Assembly (NCBI GenBank): GCA_041596515.1
Contig: JBFHIJ010000007.1
Location: forward strand, 17,626 to 81,625
DNA length: 64,000 nucleotides
Direction of reading: 5' to 3'
Origin: Chlorobiota bacterium
GTDB taxonomy: Bacteria; Bacteroidota; Ignavibacteria; Kapaibacteriales; UBA2268
Shown: positions 8,169 to 17,928 of the stretch, piece after piece
Position numbering within the stretch: position 1 is the first letter of the stretch
Layout of the letters: every line of letters begins with the position of its first letter
Made by a program: the position numbers and the translations under genes
The notes under the pieces: model-generated
Told to the model about the DNA's origin: nothing
Seen by the model: the letters and a program-made list of their open reading frames with translations, nothing else
Databases searched by the model: none

Positions 8169-8807
8169 TTAGAATCCCATACCGCCCATTCCTTGAGGCA
8201 TGTCTTCAGGATTAATATATTTGATACCTTTAGGTGCATCAAACTTAGAAGACGGAATTGAGACGTCAGTTTTTATGCTGATAGCTTCTTCTGTCATAGT
8301 CATACCCATAGCCTTCACTTCAGATTTTAGAGATAAATTTCCCCAAACCCATATTTTAGCCATTCCATTTTGTACAGTCCATATTTCACAAGTCTTTCCT
8401 AAAACTTTACCAGTTTCATCTAACTTTTTACCACCCATCTGTTTTAACATCTCGCGACCAAATTCTCCAATATCTTTTTTCTCTTGAACCATCATTTTTA
8501 GGAGTTCATTTTCTGATTTAGACCCGGTTTTTTCCTTTATGTCTGCTGTAATAATATCAAAGCCATCTTGGATAACAACTTGATTTGTTTCTGAAGACAT
8601 CCCCATGATTTTTACACTTGATTTTTTGTATTCCGCTTCTTTGAATCCATAATCTGAAATGTATATAGTTTTTGTACCTTTTTGCATTCCTGAAATCTTG
8701 TACTCTACAATTGCAGATTTAAATTTATACTTCTTAAATTTAGTAGTACCTGCAAAAACTATAGCAACTACCAAGAATAGCATTGAGATTTTAATAGCGG
8801 TTTTCAT
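8169..8807 (-). CDS. hypothetical secreted protein
   Basis: 212 aa with a signal peptide (MKTAIKISMLFLVVAIVFAG) and a Gly/Met-rich C-terminal tail (MPQGMGGMGF). No confident family assignment. Confidence 0.55.
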   Translation of the reverse strand: MKTAIKISMLFLVVAIVFAGTTKFKKYKFKSAIVEYKISGMQKGTKTIYISDYGFKEAEYKKSSVKIMGMSSETNQVVIQDGFDIITADIKEKTGSKSENELLKMMVQEKKDIGEFGREMLKQMGGKKLDETGKVLGKTCEIWTVQNGMAKIWVWGNLSLKSEVKAMGMTMTEEAISIKTDVSIPSSKFDAPKGIKYINPEDMPQGMGGMGF

Positions 8808-8878
8808 ATTGATCCTGTTTCAAGTGTGTATAAATATTATACAAGCAACTTAACAAATTCGTTATTCATAATAAATAT

Positions 8879-9622
8879 TTATTTAAGACTGATTTTAAAT
8901 ACAAAGAAAAGTTGCTCTTTTTCCGGTTGCAGGTAAAGGGCTGTACCTATTGGCAAACTAAAGCTATCACTAAGAGTTATACTTTTCTCCAGTGAAATTC
9001 CAATATTTACAAACGTCCACTTATTTTCTTTCACATCATAGGTTCTTGTTTTGCCGTTTGTCAAGCCGGTGTGCAGCTTAAACTTGTGTCCGTCAATATG
9101 GAATGGATAAGCCAGTTCAAAATAGATTGACTTATCCGGATCATTATGAAAGCAATGATCAAATAAGAACTCAATTGGAAATTGTTCCGGACCTTTATAC
9201 TGCAAAGAAATATTATACCAGTGCCCACCACGGCTCAAAATACTATCTTTGTCGTTAACTTGCGTACCCTTGAAATCAAAGTATCCTCTTCCCTCGCACG
9301 GGTAGAAGAAATCTGTAAAGAATGGGGAAAAAGTACCATAATCAGTTTTTAGATTATATTTAAGTACTAAGTCAACCTCGTTAAATTTTACAATTTGATC
9401 ATTATAATCGTATCCTGCAGAAAATGCCTGAGACCCCCAAAACTCAAATTCAAAGTCATACGCTTTAAGATTAATTTTGGGTTGAATAGCAGGAGAATCC
9501 CCAACATCCATTGCTCGCCAGTTATAAGCACTTACGAAATCAACAGAAGAGTTTACTTCTACAGCTATAAGATTAGAAAAAGAAATTACAAGGCAAATAA
9601 TTACGGCAAGAATTCTTGTCAT
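8879..9622 (-). CDS. putative outer-membrane beta-barrel protein (TorF/Gcw_chp-like porin, tentative)
   Basis: 247 aa with a signal peptide and alternating aromatic/polar beta-strand pattern. The N-terminal stretch SVDFVSAYNWRAMDVGDSPAIQPKINL resembles the TorF-family signature as I recall it. The family call is tentative. Confidence 0.45.
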   Translation of the reverse strand: MTRILAVIICLVISFSNLIAVEVNSSVDFVSAYNWRAMDVGDSPAIQPKINLKAYDFEFEFWGSQAFSAGYDYNDQIVKFNEVDLVLKYNLKTDYGTFSPFFTDFFYPCEGRGYFDFKGTQVNDKDSILSRGGHWYNISLQYKGPEQFPIEFLFDHCFHNDPDKSIYFELAYPFHIDGHKFKLHTGLTNGKTRTYDVKENKWTFVNIGISLEKSITLSDSFSLPIGTALYLQPEKEQLFFVFKISLK

Positions 9623-9881
9623 TTGCTCTTCTCGGAATTAATAGAGGAATACTCAAACAATTGGATGCAAATTACATCTTTAATCTATATTTTGCTCTTA
9701 ACAAGATATTAAACCTTTGTAAACCATTTATCCCGAATTATTTAGAAAAATGACTAGGCATGTATATTGATAATATCCAGTTAATCTTGACCTTTATAGC
9801 GCACTAAAGCCTATAATACTTTATATTTTGTAGTTAAAGTTGTATATTAGCTTAAGTAAATAAACACTAAGGGAGAGAATA

Positions 9882-10352
9882 ATGAAAAAGCTTCTCATTC
9901 TATCTTTTCTTGCTTTTTCTATTTTACTGTCAGGAAATGTATCTGCTAAAAAGCTCAAAGAGTCAGAAGTTCCTGCAATAGTTATTAAAAAGTTTAAAGA
10001 GCTTCACTCATCTGCCTATAAAATAGACTATAATCTTAAAGAAGAAAATGGCAAAGATATGTACAGAATCAGATTCGAAGAAGAACGATATGATTTTGAA
10101 TATTTCTTTGAAAATGATGGAACATTATATCGTATGGATGGTGAAATTCCGACTGATGATCTACCTGAAAAAATCAAAAACATTGTAGAAAATAAATTTC
10201 CGGGCGAACAGATTATTGAAGTAGAACGGATTATTCGCAATTATGATGAAGCAGGTTTTCAAGTTAAGCTTATCAAAGGAAACAAAGAAACGAAAGTAGA
10301 ATTTGATAACGAAAACAGAGTTGTTGAAATAAATATGAAATTCAAATATTAA
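9882..10352 (+). CDS. small secreted PepSY-like (beta-lactamase-inhibitor-like) domain protein
   Basis: 156 aa with a signal peptide. Two repeats of the pattern P..V...F...(Y/F)P.....(I/V).(E/K)...... are typical of PepSY-like proteins. The family call is from memory. Confidence 0.5.
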   Translation: MKKLLILSFLAFSILLSGNVSAKKLKESEVPAIVIKKFKELHSSAYKIDYNLKEENGKDMYRIRFEEERYDFEYFFENDGTLYRMDGEIPTDDLPEKIKNIVENKFPGEQIIEVERIIRNYDEAGFQVKLIKGNKETKVEFDNENRVVEINMKFKY

Positions 10353-10355
10353 GAT

Positions 10356-12581
10356 ATGCCCGAAGAGAAAATAAATATTGAAAATAATGTGCTTCAGTTT
10401 ATCAAAGGCATTGGTCCTAAAAGAGCTGAAGCTTTTATAAAAGAAGGCATTTTAACCCCTTTAGACTTATTATTTTACTTCCCCCGTGCCTACATTGACA
10501 GAGCTGGCACTAAATCTCTTGCTCAGCTCGTAAATGAGCTAAAAAGCTTAAACAACTACACTGCTGAAAAGAATTTATATTTCAATTCCGAATACACTGT
10601 TGTAGCAAAAGTAATTTCTAAAGAAATTAGAGAATTTGGCAAAAATAGAAAAATGCTTTCTCTCACCCTTAGTGATAATTCTGGTGCTAGTGCAAAAATA
10701 GTATTTTGGAACAGCGTCAAATATTTTGATAAAATCTATCAAAGAGGCAATCTGCTTGCAGTCAGTGGCAAAGCAGAACTAGACAGGTATAACTTCCTTA
10801 GCTTCAACCACCCCGACATTGATCTTATTGACGAAGAAGACGCTTCTCTTTACTCACGTGGTGCTATTTTGCCTAAATACAAGCTATCTGACTCTTTGAG
10901 AAAAGCAGGCATTACAATGAAGCTTATGCGTCAAATAATTGCCGCCTGTTTAAAAAAATATGCCGGAAATATTATCGAGATATTCCCCCCTTCTATCTTT
11001 AGTGAGTTTGAATTCCCTCTTAAATCACAAGCAGTTTTCAATTTGCATTTCCCTAAAAATAAGGACTTATTGGAGCGCTCTAAACTTCGCATAAAATTTG
11101 AAGAATTGTTCCTTTTTCAACTGTTTTTAAATTTGAAAAAAGACAAACTAAAATCTATTGAAAAAGGAATAAAAGTCAAGCCCAAAAGCAGTTCTGCCAG
11201 AAATCTTTACGATGCACTTCCTTTTGAACTCACTCCTGATCAAAAAAAAGTACTTCGAGAAATAGCTAAAGACATGGAAAACGGCAACGCGATGAACCGT
11301 TTACTACAAGGAGATGTAGGCTCAGGTAAAACTATTGTTGCAATTTTCACAATGCTGATGGCTATAGATTCAGGATTGCAGGTAGCCTTTATGGCTCCCA
11401 CAGAAATACTGGCAGAGCAACACTTTCATAGCTTAAATAATTTTCTTAAAGACTTAGAAATAAAGGTAGTTCAGTTAGTTGGTGGTCAAAAAGCAAGACT
11501 AAGAAGAGATGTACTTGAAAAAATAGAAATTGGGTATGCTAATATCATAGTTGGCACTCATGCATTATTCCAAAGCGATATAAATTACAATAAGTTAGGT
11601 CTTGTAATTATAGATGAACAACACAGATTTGGAGTAATGCAAAGAGCTGATTTAATAAAACTTGCAAAAAAGTCTTTTAACAATGATTCCATCACACCAC
11701 ATATTTTAGTAATGACTGCAACTCCTATACCTAGGACACTTACTATGACTGCTTATGGTGACTTGGATGTTTCGATAATCAAATCAAAACCCAAAAACAG
11801 AAAACCTATACTTACTAAAGTAGAATTTGAGAGCAATCACGATGCAGTTTTTGATTTTATAAGAAGCGAAATCAAGCAAGGCAGACAGGCTTTTATTGTT
11901 TTTCCTTTTGTAGAGAAATCTGAAAAAATAGAAGAAGTCAAATCAGCTACCGAGTATTATGAACCATTAAAAGCTGTTTTCCCTGACTTTAAATTGGGAT
12001 TACTTCATGGCCAAATGTTGTGGTATGAAAAGGAAGAAGCTATGCAAAGTTTTCTAAATAAAGAATATGACATTCTGGTAGCTACTACAGTAATAGAAGT
12101 TGGAATAGATATACAAAATGCCAGCGTTATGGTAATAGAAAATGCAGAACGTTTTGGACTTTCTCAACTGCATCAGTTGCGCGGCAGAGTTGGAAGAGGT
12201 GCTAACCAATCATACTGCATACTGATGACAAAAGATAACTATAAGTTCCAACTAAATAAAAAAGAACAGGCAGACAATACAAAAACTGCTGCTATCATCA
12301 GATTAAAAACTATGGCAGAAACTACTGATGGCTTTAAAATATCTGAAGTTGATTTAAAATTGAGAGGACCCGGCGACATATTGGGAACAAAACAGGCGGG
12401 TCTCCCCGACTTTAAGTATGCCGATCTAGTCAGTGATGGTGACATAATGGAAATAGCAAAGAAAGAAGCACTTAAAATAATTTCTTCCGACCCACATCTA
12501 AGAAATCAAGATAATAGATTATTAAGAGCTGAGATGTCAAGAAATTACTTCTCTGATTCAAACTTTTTTGATATTGCATAA
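10356..12581 (+). CDS. recG: ATP-dependent DNA helicase RecG
   Basis: 741 aa with Walker A GDVGSGKT, DEQHRFG, TATPIPRTL and QLHQLRGRVGRG. An N-terminal wedge/OB region is present. Confidence 0.95.
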   Translation: MPEEKINIENNVLQFIKGIGPKRAEAFIKEGILTPLDLLFYFPRAYIDRAGTKSLAQLVNELKSLNNYTAEKNLYFNSEYTVVAKVISKEIREFGKNRKMLSLTLSDNSGASAKIVFWNSVKYFDKIYQRGNLLAVSGKAELDRYNFLSFNHPDIDLIDEEDASLYSRGAILPKYKLSDSLRKAGITMKLMRQIIAACLKKYAGNIIEIFPPSIFSEFEFPLKSQAVFNLHFPKNKDLLERSKLRIKFEELFLFQLFLNLKKDKLKSIEKGIKVKPKSSSARNLYDALPFELTPDQKKVLREIAKDMENGNAMNRLLQGDVGSGKTIVAIFTMLMAIDSGLQVAFMAPTEILAEQHFHSLNNFLKDLEIKVVQLVGGQKARLRRDVLEKIEIGYANIIVGTHALFQSDINYNKLGLVIIDEQHRFGVMQRADLIKLAKKSFNNDSITPHILVMTATPIPRTLTMTAYGDLDVSIIKSKPKNRKPILTKVEFESNHDAVFDFIRSEIKQGRQAFIVFPFVEKSEKIEEVKSATEYYEPLKAVFPDFKLGLLHGQMLWYEKEEAMQSFLNKEYDILVATTVIEVGIDIQNASVMVIENAERFGLSQLHQLRGRVGRGANQSYCILMTKDNYKFQLNKKEQADNTKTAAIIRLKTMAETTDGFKISEVDLKLRGPGDILGTKQAGLPDFKYADLVSDGDIMEIAKKEALKIISSDPHLRNQDNRLLRAEMSRNYFSDSNFFDIA

Positions 12582-12590
12582 GGAAGTGAA

Positions 12591-13181
12591 ATGGATAACT
12601 TTTGGGACGCAAAATTTAATACTGAAGAATTGATTTATGGTTCGGAGCCTAACGCATTTTTTAAAGCAACAATAGACTCTATGAAACCGGGTTCTTTGCT
12701 TTTGCCCGGAGAAGGTGAAGGTAGGAATGCAATATATGCTGCAAAGCAAGGTTGGACAGTTACTGCGCATGACGGAAGCAAAGTAGCAAAAGAAAAGGCT
12801 ATGAGAATGGCTGAAATCCATGGTGTAAATATAAACTATATTGTAAGTGATATTTTAGACTTAAAACCATCTCAAGTATATGATGTTATTGGATTGATAT
12901 ATATACACTTACCTAATAGCATAAGAAGACTTGCACACCATAATATAATTAAATATTTAAAGCCCACAGGTACATTGTTTTTAGAGATGTTTTCTAAAAA
13001 GCAGATCGAACGAAATACCGGCGGACCTAAAAATATTGATATGTTATACTCTATAGAAGAACTAATCAATGACTTTAAAAGTATAAAGATAGTTTCCGTA
13101 GAAGAAACAGTAACAACTTTACAGGAAGGGCACCACCACAATGGCGAAGCGGATGTTATTCGTTTAATCGCTAGAAAATAA
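12591..13181 (+). CDS. class I SAM-dependent methyltransferase (TehB-like)
   Basis: 196 aa with glycine-rich SAM motif I, LLLPGEGEGRNAIYAAKQG, followed by an acidic motif II (AHDGS). It starts 10 nt after the recG stop and has an aggaag RBS. Confidence 0.75.
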   Translation: MDNFWDAKFNTEELIYGSEPNAFFKATIDSMKPGSLLLPGEGEGRNAIYAAKQGWTVTAHDGSKVAKEKAMRMAEIHGVNINYIVSDILDLKPSQVYDVIGLIYIHLPNSIRRLAHHNIIKYLKPTGTLFLEMFSKKQIERNTGGPKNIDMLYSIEELINDFKSIKIVSVEETVTTLQEGHHHNGEADVIRLIARK

Positions 13182-14352
13182 TCCTAAAAGTCGATCCTAC
13201 ATTTTCTTCCGAACTAATTTCTATTCTCCCTTCGTGTTTTTCTATAAATTCCTGGCAAAGTATAAGTCCTAAACCAGTACCCTTCTCATCATTCGTACCA
13301 TTTCTTGTTACGTTTTCGTCAATTTTAAAAAGTTTATCCATTTGTGATTTAGACATACCCACTCCGGTATCAATTACCTCAATAATCTTATTATCACCTT
13401 GTTTAAAAGCTTTTACAGTAACTTTACCTTCTTCCGGAGTAAACTTAAGTGCATTCGAAATAAAGTTTCTTATGACTGTATATAACATATTATAATCAGC
13501 ATTTAAAGTTAAGGCATCTTCTAATTCAGCAATGAGAGTGATCTTTTTATTTTTTGCAATCTGTTTATTCAAATCAATCACACTTTTAATTATTAGATCA
13601 AGTGGCATTTCTTCTTTATTGCAAGGAATTTGACCAGTCTGCGTTCGTGCCCAAAAAAGTAAGTTTTCTAATAAATTGTATAAATTTGCAGAAGAGTCTT
13701 TCATTTCTTTTATAAATTCAGTGATTTCACGCAAAGACAAATCTTCAAAAGAGTCAGCAAGTAAAGTAGTCAACTGCTTAAATGCACCTAAAGGATTTTT
13801 CAAATCATGCGCGATAATAGAAAAGAATTTATCTTTAGTAGCATTTGATTCTTGTAGTTTTCTCTCTTTTTCCTTAAGTAATGCTTCCGCTTTGTGTCTT
13901 TCAATAATTTCCAGCTTTAAACTCTGATTCTTTTCATAAATAGACTTATTGATATTTTTTTCATGCTGAATGAAGCGAAAATACAACTGAAGTAATCTTA
14001 CTAACTCTTGTTCTTTAAATGGCTTTGTAAGATAATCCATAGCTCCTACTTCAAAACCAGCTTCAATCAATTGCTTTTTAGGATCAGAACCAGTCATTAA
14101 AATAACTGGTATAGATGCAGTAAGCTCTTGCTGTTTCATAAGCCTTGCAGTTTTAAAGCCATCAATCTCAGGCATAAATATATCCATCAAAACTATATCT
14201 ATTTTATGATTTCCCAAAAGTCTAATAGCATCCTTACTTGATGGTGCAGCATAGACTTTAGCAGTCATATTTCTTTTAATCATATCTGATATAGTTTTCA
14301 GTAATGTTGGTGAATCATCCACAATTAAAACAGTAAAATTTGAGTATTCCAT
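13171..14352 (-). CDS. REC-first hybrid histidine kinase (receiver - coiled coil - HisKA - HATPase_c)
   Basis: N-terminal receiver (VLIVDDSP...DIVLMDIFMPEIDG...TKPF), H-box FFSIIAHDLKNPL, N-box ISNALKFT and G-boxes DTGVGM / GTGLGL. The 3' end overlaps the convergent methyltransferase gene by 11 nt. Confidence 0.85.
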   Translation of the reverse strand: MEYSNFTVLIVDDSPTLLKTISDMIKRNMTAKVYAAPSSKDAIRLLGNHKIDIVLMDIFMPEIDGFKTARLMKQQELTASIPVILMTGSDPKKQLIEAGFEVGAMDYLTKPFKEQELVRLLQLYFRFIQHEKNINKSIYEKNQSLKLEIIERHKAEALLKEKERKLQESNATKDKFFSIIAHDLKNPLGAFKQLTTLLADSFEDLSLREITEFIKEMKDSSANLYNLLENLLFWARTQTGQIPCNKEEMPLDLIIKSVIDLNKQIAKNKKITLIAELEDALTLNADYNMLYTVIRNFISNALKFTPEEGKVTVKAFKQGDNKIIEVIDTGVGMSKSQMDKLFKIDENVTRNGTNDEKGTGLGLILCQEFIEKHEGRIEISSEENVGSTFRIIF

Positions 14353-14411
14353 TTTAAAAATTCCTTTCGTTTAATTGTAATTAATTTTGAGACTTTATCT
14401 CAATTATTACA

Positions 14412-14419
14412 TATCTTTG
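14412..14419 (+). promoter_or_regulatory. candidate -7 box TATCTTTG upstream of uvrA
   Basis: TAnnTTTG match 28 nt before the uvrA ATG. A TTTG at 14386..14389 could be the -33 element (22-nt spacing). Confidence 0.3.
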
Positions 14420-14446
14420 TAGATTGTTTTTTTTCGGACTGATATA

Positions 14447-17326
14447 ATGCGAGAAACTCTTAAAGCACCTTTGCAAAGATACATAGATCAAGAATTAAAA
14501 GAAATAGTTATCACCGGTGCTAGGGAAAATAATTTGAAAAATATCAATATTACAATCCCTAGAGATAAGTTAGTTGTAATTACTGGCTTATCCGGCTCGG
14601 GCAAGTCTAGCCTTGCTTTCGATACTTTATATGCAGAAGGTCAAAGACGTTATGTAGAATGCCTCTCGGCCTATGCACGCCAATACTTAGGCATGATGAA
14701 AAAGCCGGATGTTGATCGCATTGAAGGCTTATCTCCTGCTATATCTATCGAACAAAAAACAATTAGTCACAACCCTCGCTCTACTGTAGGTACAACTACA
14801 GAAATATACGATTATATACGACTTCTATTTGCAAAAATCGGCACACAGCACTGTACAGAATGCCACGTCCCTGTTGAGAAAAAAAGCCTTGACCAAATTG
14901 TATCAGAGATTTTTGTTGAATTTACAAACGAAAAGATTCAAATACTTACCCCCCTTGTCAAAGGTCGCAAAGGTCATTACCGTGAGTTCTTCGAGCAGCT
15001 TATGAAACAAGGCTTTACTAAAGTACGAATAGATGGAGAACTAACTGAATTAGTATCGGGCCTTAAAGTTAATCGCTATCAGATTCATAACATAGAACTT
15101 ATAGTAGATCGATGTATCGTTGAACAATCTCAAATGAGTCGTATTACAGAAAGTATTGAGTTAGCTCTCCAAAAAGGCGATGGCACGATGATGTTGTTGG
15201 CAGGGACAAACAATACTGAAATACTGTTTAGTACTAATTATTCTTGCCCTTCATGTAGCAAAGCATACACTCAATTATCTCCATATAGATTTTCTTTTAA
15301 CTCACCGTTTGGTGCCTGCCCCAAATGCAATGGTATTGGAGAGTTAATTGATTTTAGCAGAGATTTAGTAATCCCCGACAAATCACTATCTATTGCTGAA
15401 GGTGGTATAGCTATTTTAGGTAAAAAACGTGATATGTGGATATGGACTCAATTAAATGCTTTTGCTACTGATAATAATATAGACTTAGATAAACCTATTA
15501 AGAAGTTGAAAAAAGAAGACTTAAACTTAGTCTTATATGGTTCTGCTACTGAGATTAATGTAGAATATAATTTTTCTGGTACTAAAAAGATTAATTACAA
15601 ACACAAATTTGCTGGAGTGCTTCCTACATTTAGATCTCAGTATGAAACTACAAACTCAGGACTTATAAAACGAAAAATTGAAGAATTTATGTCTTCTCAA
15701 GTTTGTGATGTTTGTAACGGAGGTCGTTTAAAATTAGAGAACTTAGCAGTTTTGATTGATAATCACTCAGTAGCTGATATTTCACAATATGATATTACTT
15801 CTTGCTTAGACTTTTTTACAGCACTCCCTGATAAGTTAAACAACAAAAAGAATACAATAGCAAAACTAATTTTAAAAGAAATAACTGAACGACTTAACTT
15901 CTTACAAGATGTTGGTTTAACTTACTTAAGTATTGGACGTTCAGTAAAAACTCTTTCAGGTGGTGAATCTCAAAGAATTCGCTTAGCTTCTCAAATAGGT
16001 TCTAAACTTGTAGGTATTATGTATATTCTTGATGAGCCGAGTATAGGCTTGCATCAACATGACAACTACAAGTTGATTCAGTCACTTAAAGAATTGCGAG
16101 ATTTAGGAAATACTGTTATAGTCGTGGAACATGATAAAGCTATGATTGAAGAAGCTGACCACCTCATAGATGTTGGACCCGGTGCAGGAATACATGGCGG
16201 AAATATTATAGTTTCTACGCCACCACCTAATATTAAATACCTGAATAAAGACACACTAGACTCTTCTTTCACTGCTCAGTATTTGACCGGCATTAAATCA
16301 ATACCTACACCCAAATCAAGAAGAGAAGGCAATGGTAACTTCCTAGAGTTACAAGGAGCTACCGGAAATAATTTAAAAAATGTAGATTTAAAAATACCTC
16401 TTGGCACTTTTACTTGCGTAACAGGTATGAGTGGCTCAGGCAAATCATCTCTTATAAATGATACTTTGTATCCAATACTATCCAGACACTTTTACAGATC
16501 TACAAAGATTCCTCTAGCTTACAAGAGTATCAATGGCTTAGAGCATATTGATAAAGTTATTGAGATAGATCAAACACCTATAGGTAGGACTCCTCGTTCT
16601 AATCCTGCAACATATACAGGCTTATTTACATTGATTCGTGATTTCTTTGCATTACTTCCGGAATCTAAAATTAGAGGATATCGAGCAGGAAGGTTTTCTT
16701 TTAATGTAAAAGGAGGCAGATGCGAAGAATGTGAAGGTGCAGGGCTTAAAAAGATTGAGATGAACTTCTTGCCTGAAGTATATGTAGAGTGCGAGGCTTG
16801 TAATGGCAAAAGATATAATATGGAAACACTTTCAGTAACCTTTAAAAACAAATCTATTGCAGATGTGCTAGATATGACTGTAGAAGAGGGTACTACTTTC
16901 TTTAAAGATATTCCAAAAATCCACAATAAACTTCAAACATTGATGGATGTGGGATTGACTTACATTAAATTAGGTCAGCAAGCACCAACCCTTTCAGGCG
17001 GTGAGGCACAAAGAGTAAAATTGGCAACTGAGCTTTCCAAAAGAAGCACTGGTAAAACTCTATACCTCTTAGATGAACCTACAACAGGACTACATTTTGA
17101 AGATATAAATATACTTTTAAAACTAATACACAAATTAGTAGACAAAGGCAATACTGCAATAATAATAGAACATAATTTAGATGTTATCAAGTGTGCTGAT
17201 AAAATTATTGATCTCGGACCCGAAGGAGGAAGGCACGGAGGCAAAATCATTGCACAGGGAACACCTGAGAAAATTGCAAAATCAAGAATTAGTCTCACAG
17301 GTAAGTATTTAAAAGACGAGTTATAA
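14447..17326 (+). CDS. uvrA: excinuclease ABC subunit UvrA
   Basis: 959 aa with two ABC ATPase modules (GLSGSGKSSLAFDTLYAEGQRRYVE; GMSGSGKSSL). Both have LSGGE signatures, and zinc-finger Cys clusters are present (CPSC...CPKC; CEECEGAG...CEACNG). Confidence 0.97.
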   Translation: MRETLKAPLQRYIDQELKEIVITGARENNLKNINITIPRDKLVVITGLSGSGKSSLAFDTLYAEGQRRYVECLSAYARQYLGMMKKPDVDRIEGLSPAISIEQKTISHNPRSTVGTTTEIYDYIRLLFAKIGTQHCTECHVPVEKKSLDQIVSEIFVEFTNEKIQILTPLVKGRKGHYREFFEQLMKQGFTKVRIDGELTELVSGLKVNRYQIHNIELIVDRCIVEQSQMSRITESIELALQKGDGTMMLLAGTNNTEILFSTNYSCPSCSKAYTQLSPYRFSFNSPFGACPKCNGIGELIDFSRDLVIPDKSLSIAEGGIAILGKKRDMWIWTQLNAFATDNNIDLDKPIKKLKKEDLNLVLYGSATEINVEYNFSGTKKINYKHKFAGVLPTFRSQYETTNSGLIKRKIEEFMSSQVCDVCNGGRLKLENLAVLIDNHSVADISQYDITSCLDFFTALPDKLNNKKNTIAKLILKEITERLNFLQDVGLTYLSIGRSVKTLSGGESQRIRLASQIGSKLVGIMYILDEPSIGLHQHDNYKLIQSLKELRDLGNTVIVVEHDKAMIEEADHLIDVGPGAGIHGGNIIVSTPPPNIKYLNKDTLDSSFTAQYLTGIKSIPTPKSRREGNGNFLELQGATGNNLKNVDLKIPLGTFTCVTGMSGSGKSSLINDTLYPILSRHFYRSTKIPLAYKSINGLEHIDKVIEIDQTPIGRTPRSNPATYTGLFTLIRDFFALLPESKIRGYRAGRFSFNVKGGRCEECEGAGLKKIEMNFLPEVYVECEACNGKRYNMETLSVTFKNKSIADVLDMTVEEGTTFFKDIPKIHNKLQTLMDVGLTYIKLGQQAPTLSGGEAQRVKLATELSKRSTGKTLYLLDEPTTGLHFEDINILLKLIHKLVDKGNTAIIIEHNLDVIKCADKIIDLGPEGGRHGGKIIAQGTPEKIAKSRISLTGKYLKDEL

Positions 17327-17399
17327 TCATCTATTCTTAACAATAATTTTGATAGCAAACAGTGTATCATATTACAGAAATTATTAAGCTAGGAATATA

Positions 17400-17813
17400 T
17401 TGAAAAAAGAAGTTACCAGATATTGCATTGTCAACTCAGCAGGCAATAATATTTTTGTTCGCCTTTCAGTAGACGAGGATCTTATGGCTGGAGCTGAATT
17501 TCGCCTTTTTCACAAGGGAACTAAGGAAGCTCTAACTTATTGGAAAATGGCTGCAGGCAACGGACAAACTGTAACTAAAGAAATTAAAATTGCCCCTGAT
17601 AAACTAAACCATCTTATCCTCACTTGGCAAGTAATTTGCTGTTCACAAAATGTCAATACTTACGAAGGCAATATATCAATAGAAGTTATTCAAGATAGAA
17701 AAATCTGCAAAATGACTATACCTGCTTCATGGCATATAGATAACATACCTCCCTGCGCTATAAAGCGTTCTGTAGAATTCAGCGAAAGTTTTACGTTTCT
17801 ATGCAAAGATTAA
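17400..17813 (+). CDS. hypothetical cytoplasmic Cys-rich protein
   Basis: 137 aa with a TTG start 5 nt after agga. It has no signal peptide or TM segment and 7 Cys. No family recognised. Confidence 0.4.
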   Translation: MKKEVTRYCIVNSAGNNIFVRLSVDEDLMAGAEFRLFHKGTKEALTYWKMAAGNGQTVTKEIKIAPDKLNHLILTWQVICCSQNVNTYEGNISIEVIQDRKICKMTIPASWHIDNIPPCAIKRSVEFSESFTFLCKD

Positions 17814-17884
17814 CTCTTACAAATTACGAACATTTTTATTACATTTTCTCTGATTTTTGATATATTGTAATTTAGAGATTTGTT

Positions 17885-17892
17885 TATATTTG
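17885..17892 (+). promoter_or_regulatory. candidate -7 box TATATTTG upstream of etfB
   Basis: TAnnTTTG match 37 nt before the etfB ATG. Confidence 0.3.
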
Positions 17893-17928
17893 CAAAGATT
17901 GTTATGATTTATATTAACCGGAGTTAAG

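Noticed and set aside
8827-8843. 17-nt near-palindrome tgtataa-ata-ttataca between two hypothetical genes.
   Set aside because: It has a 7-bp all-A/T stem with a 3-nt loop, which is too weak for a terminator. There is no second copy to suggest an operator.
16975-17370. Long antisense ORFs in the track lying inside well-supported genes. Examples are 556..840, 2284..2706, 16570..16926, 16975..17370, 23460..23852, 56147..56455 and 63465..63929.
   Set aside because: They lie opposite genes with strong motif support. They have low-complexity Ser/Leu/Ile/Phe-rich translations typical of shadow frames in AT-rich DNA, and they lack RBS or signal features.
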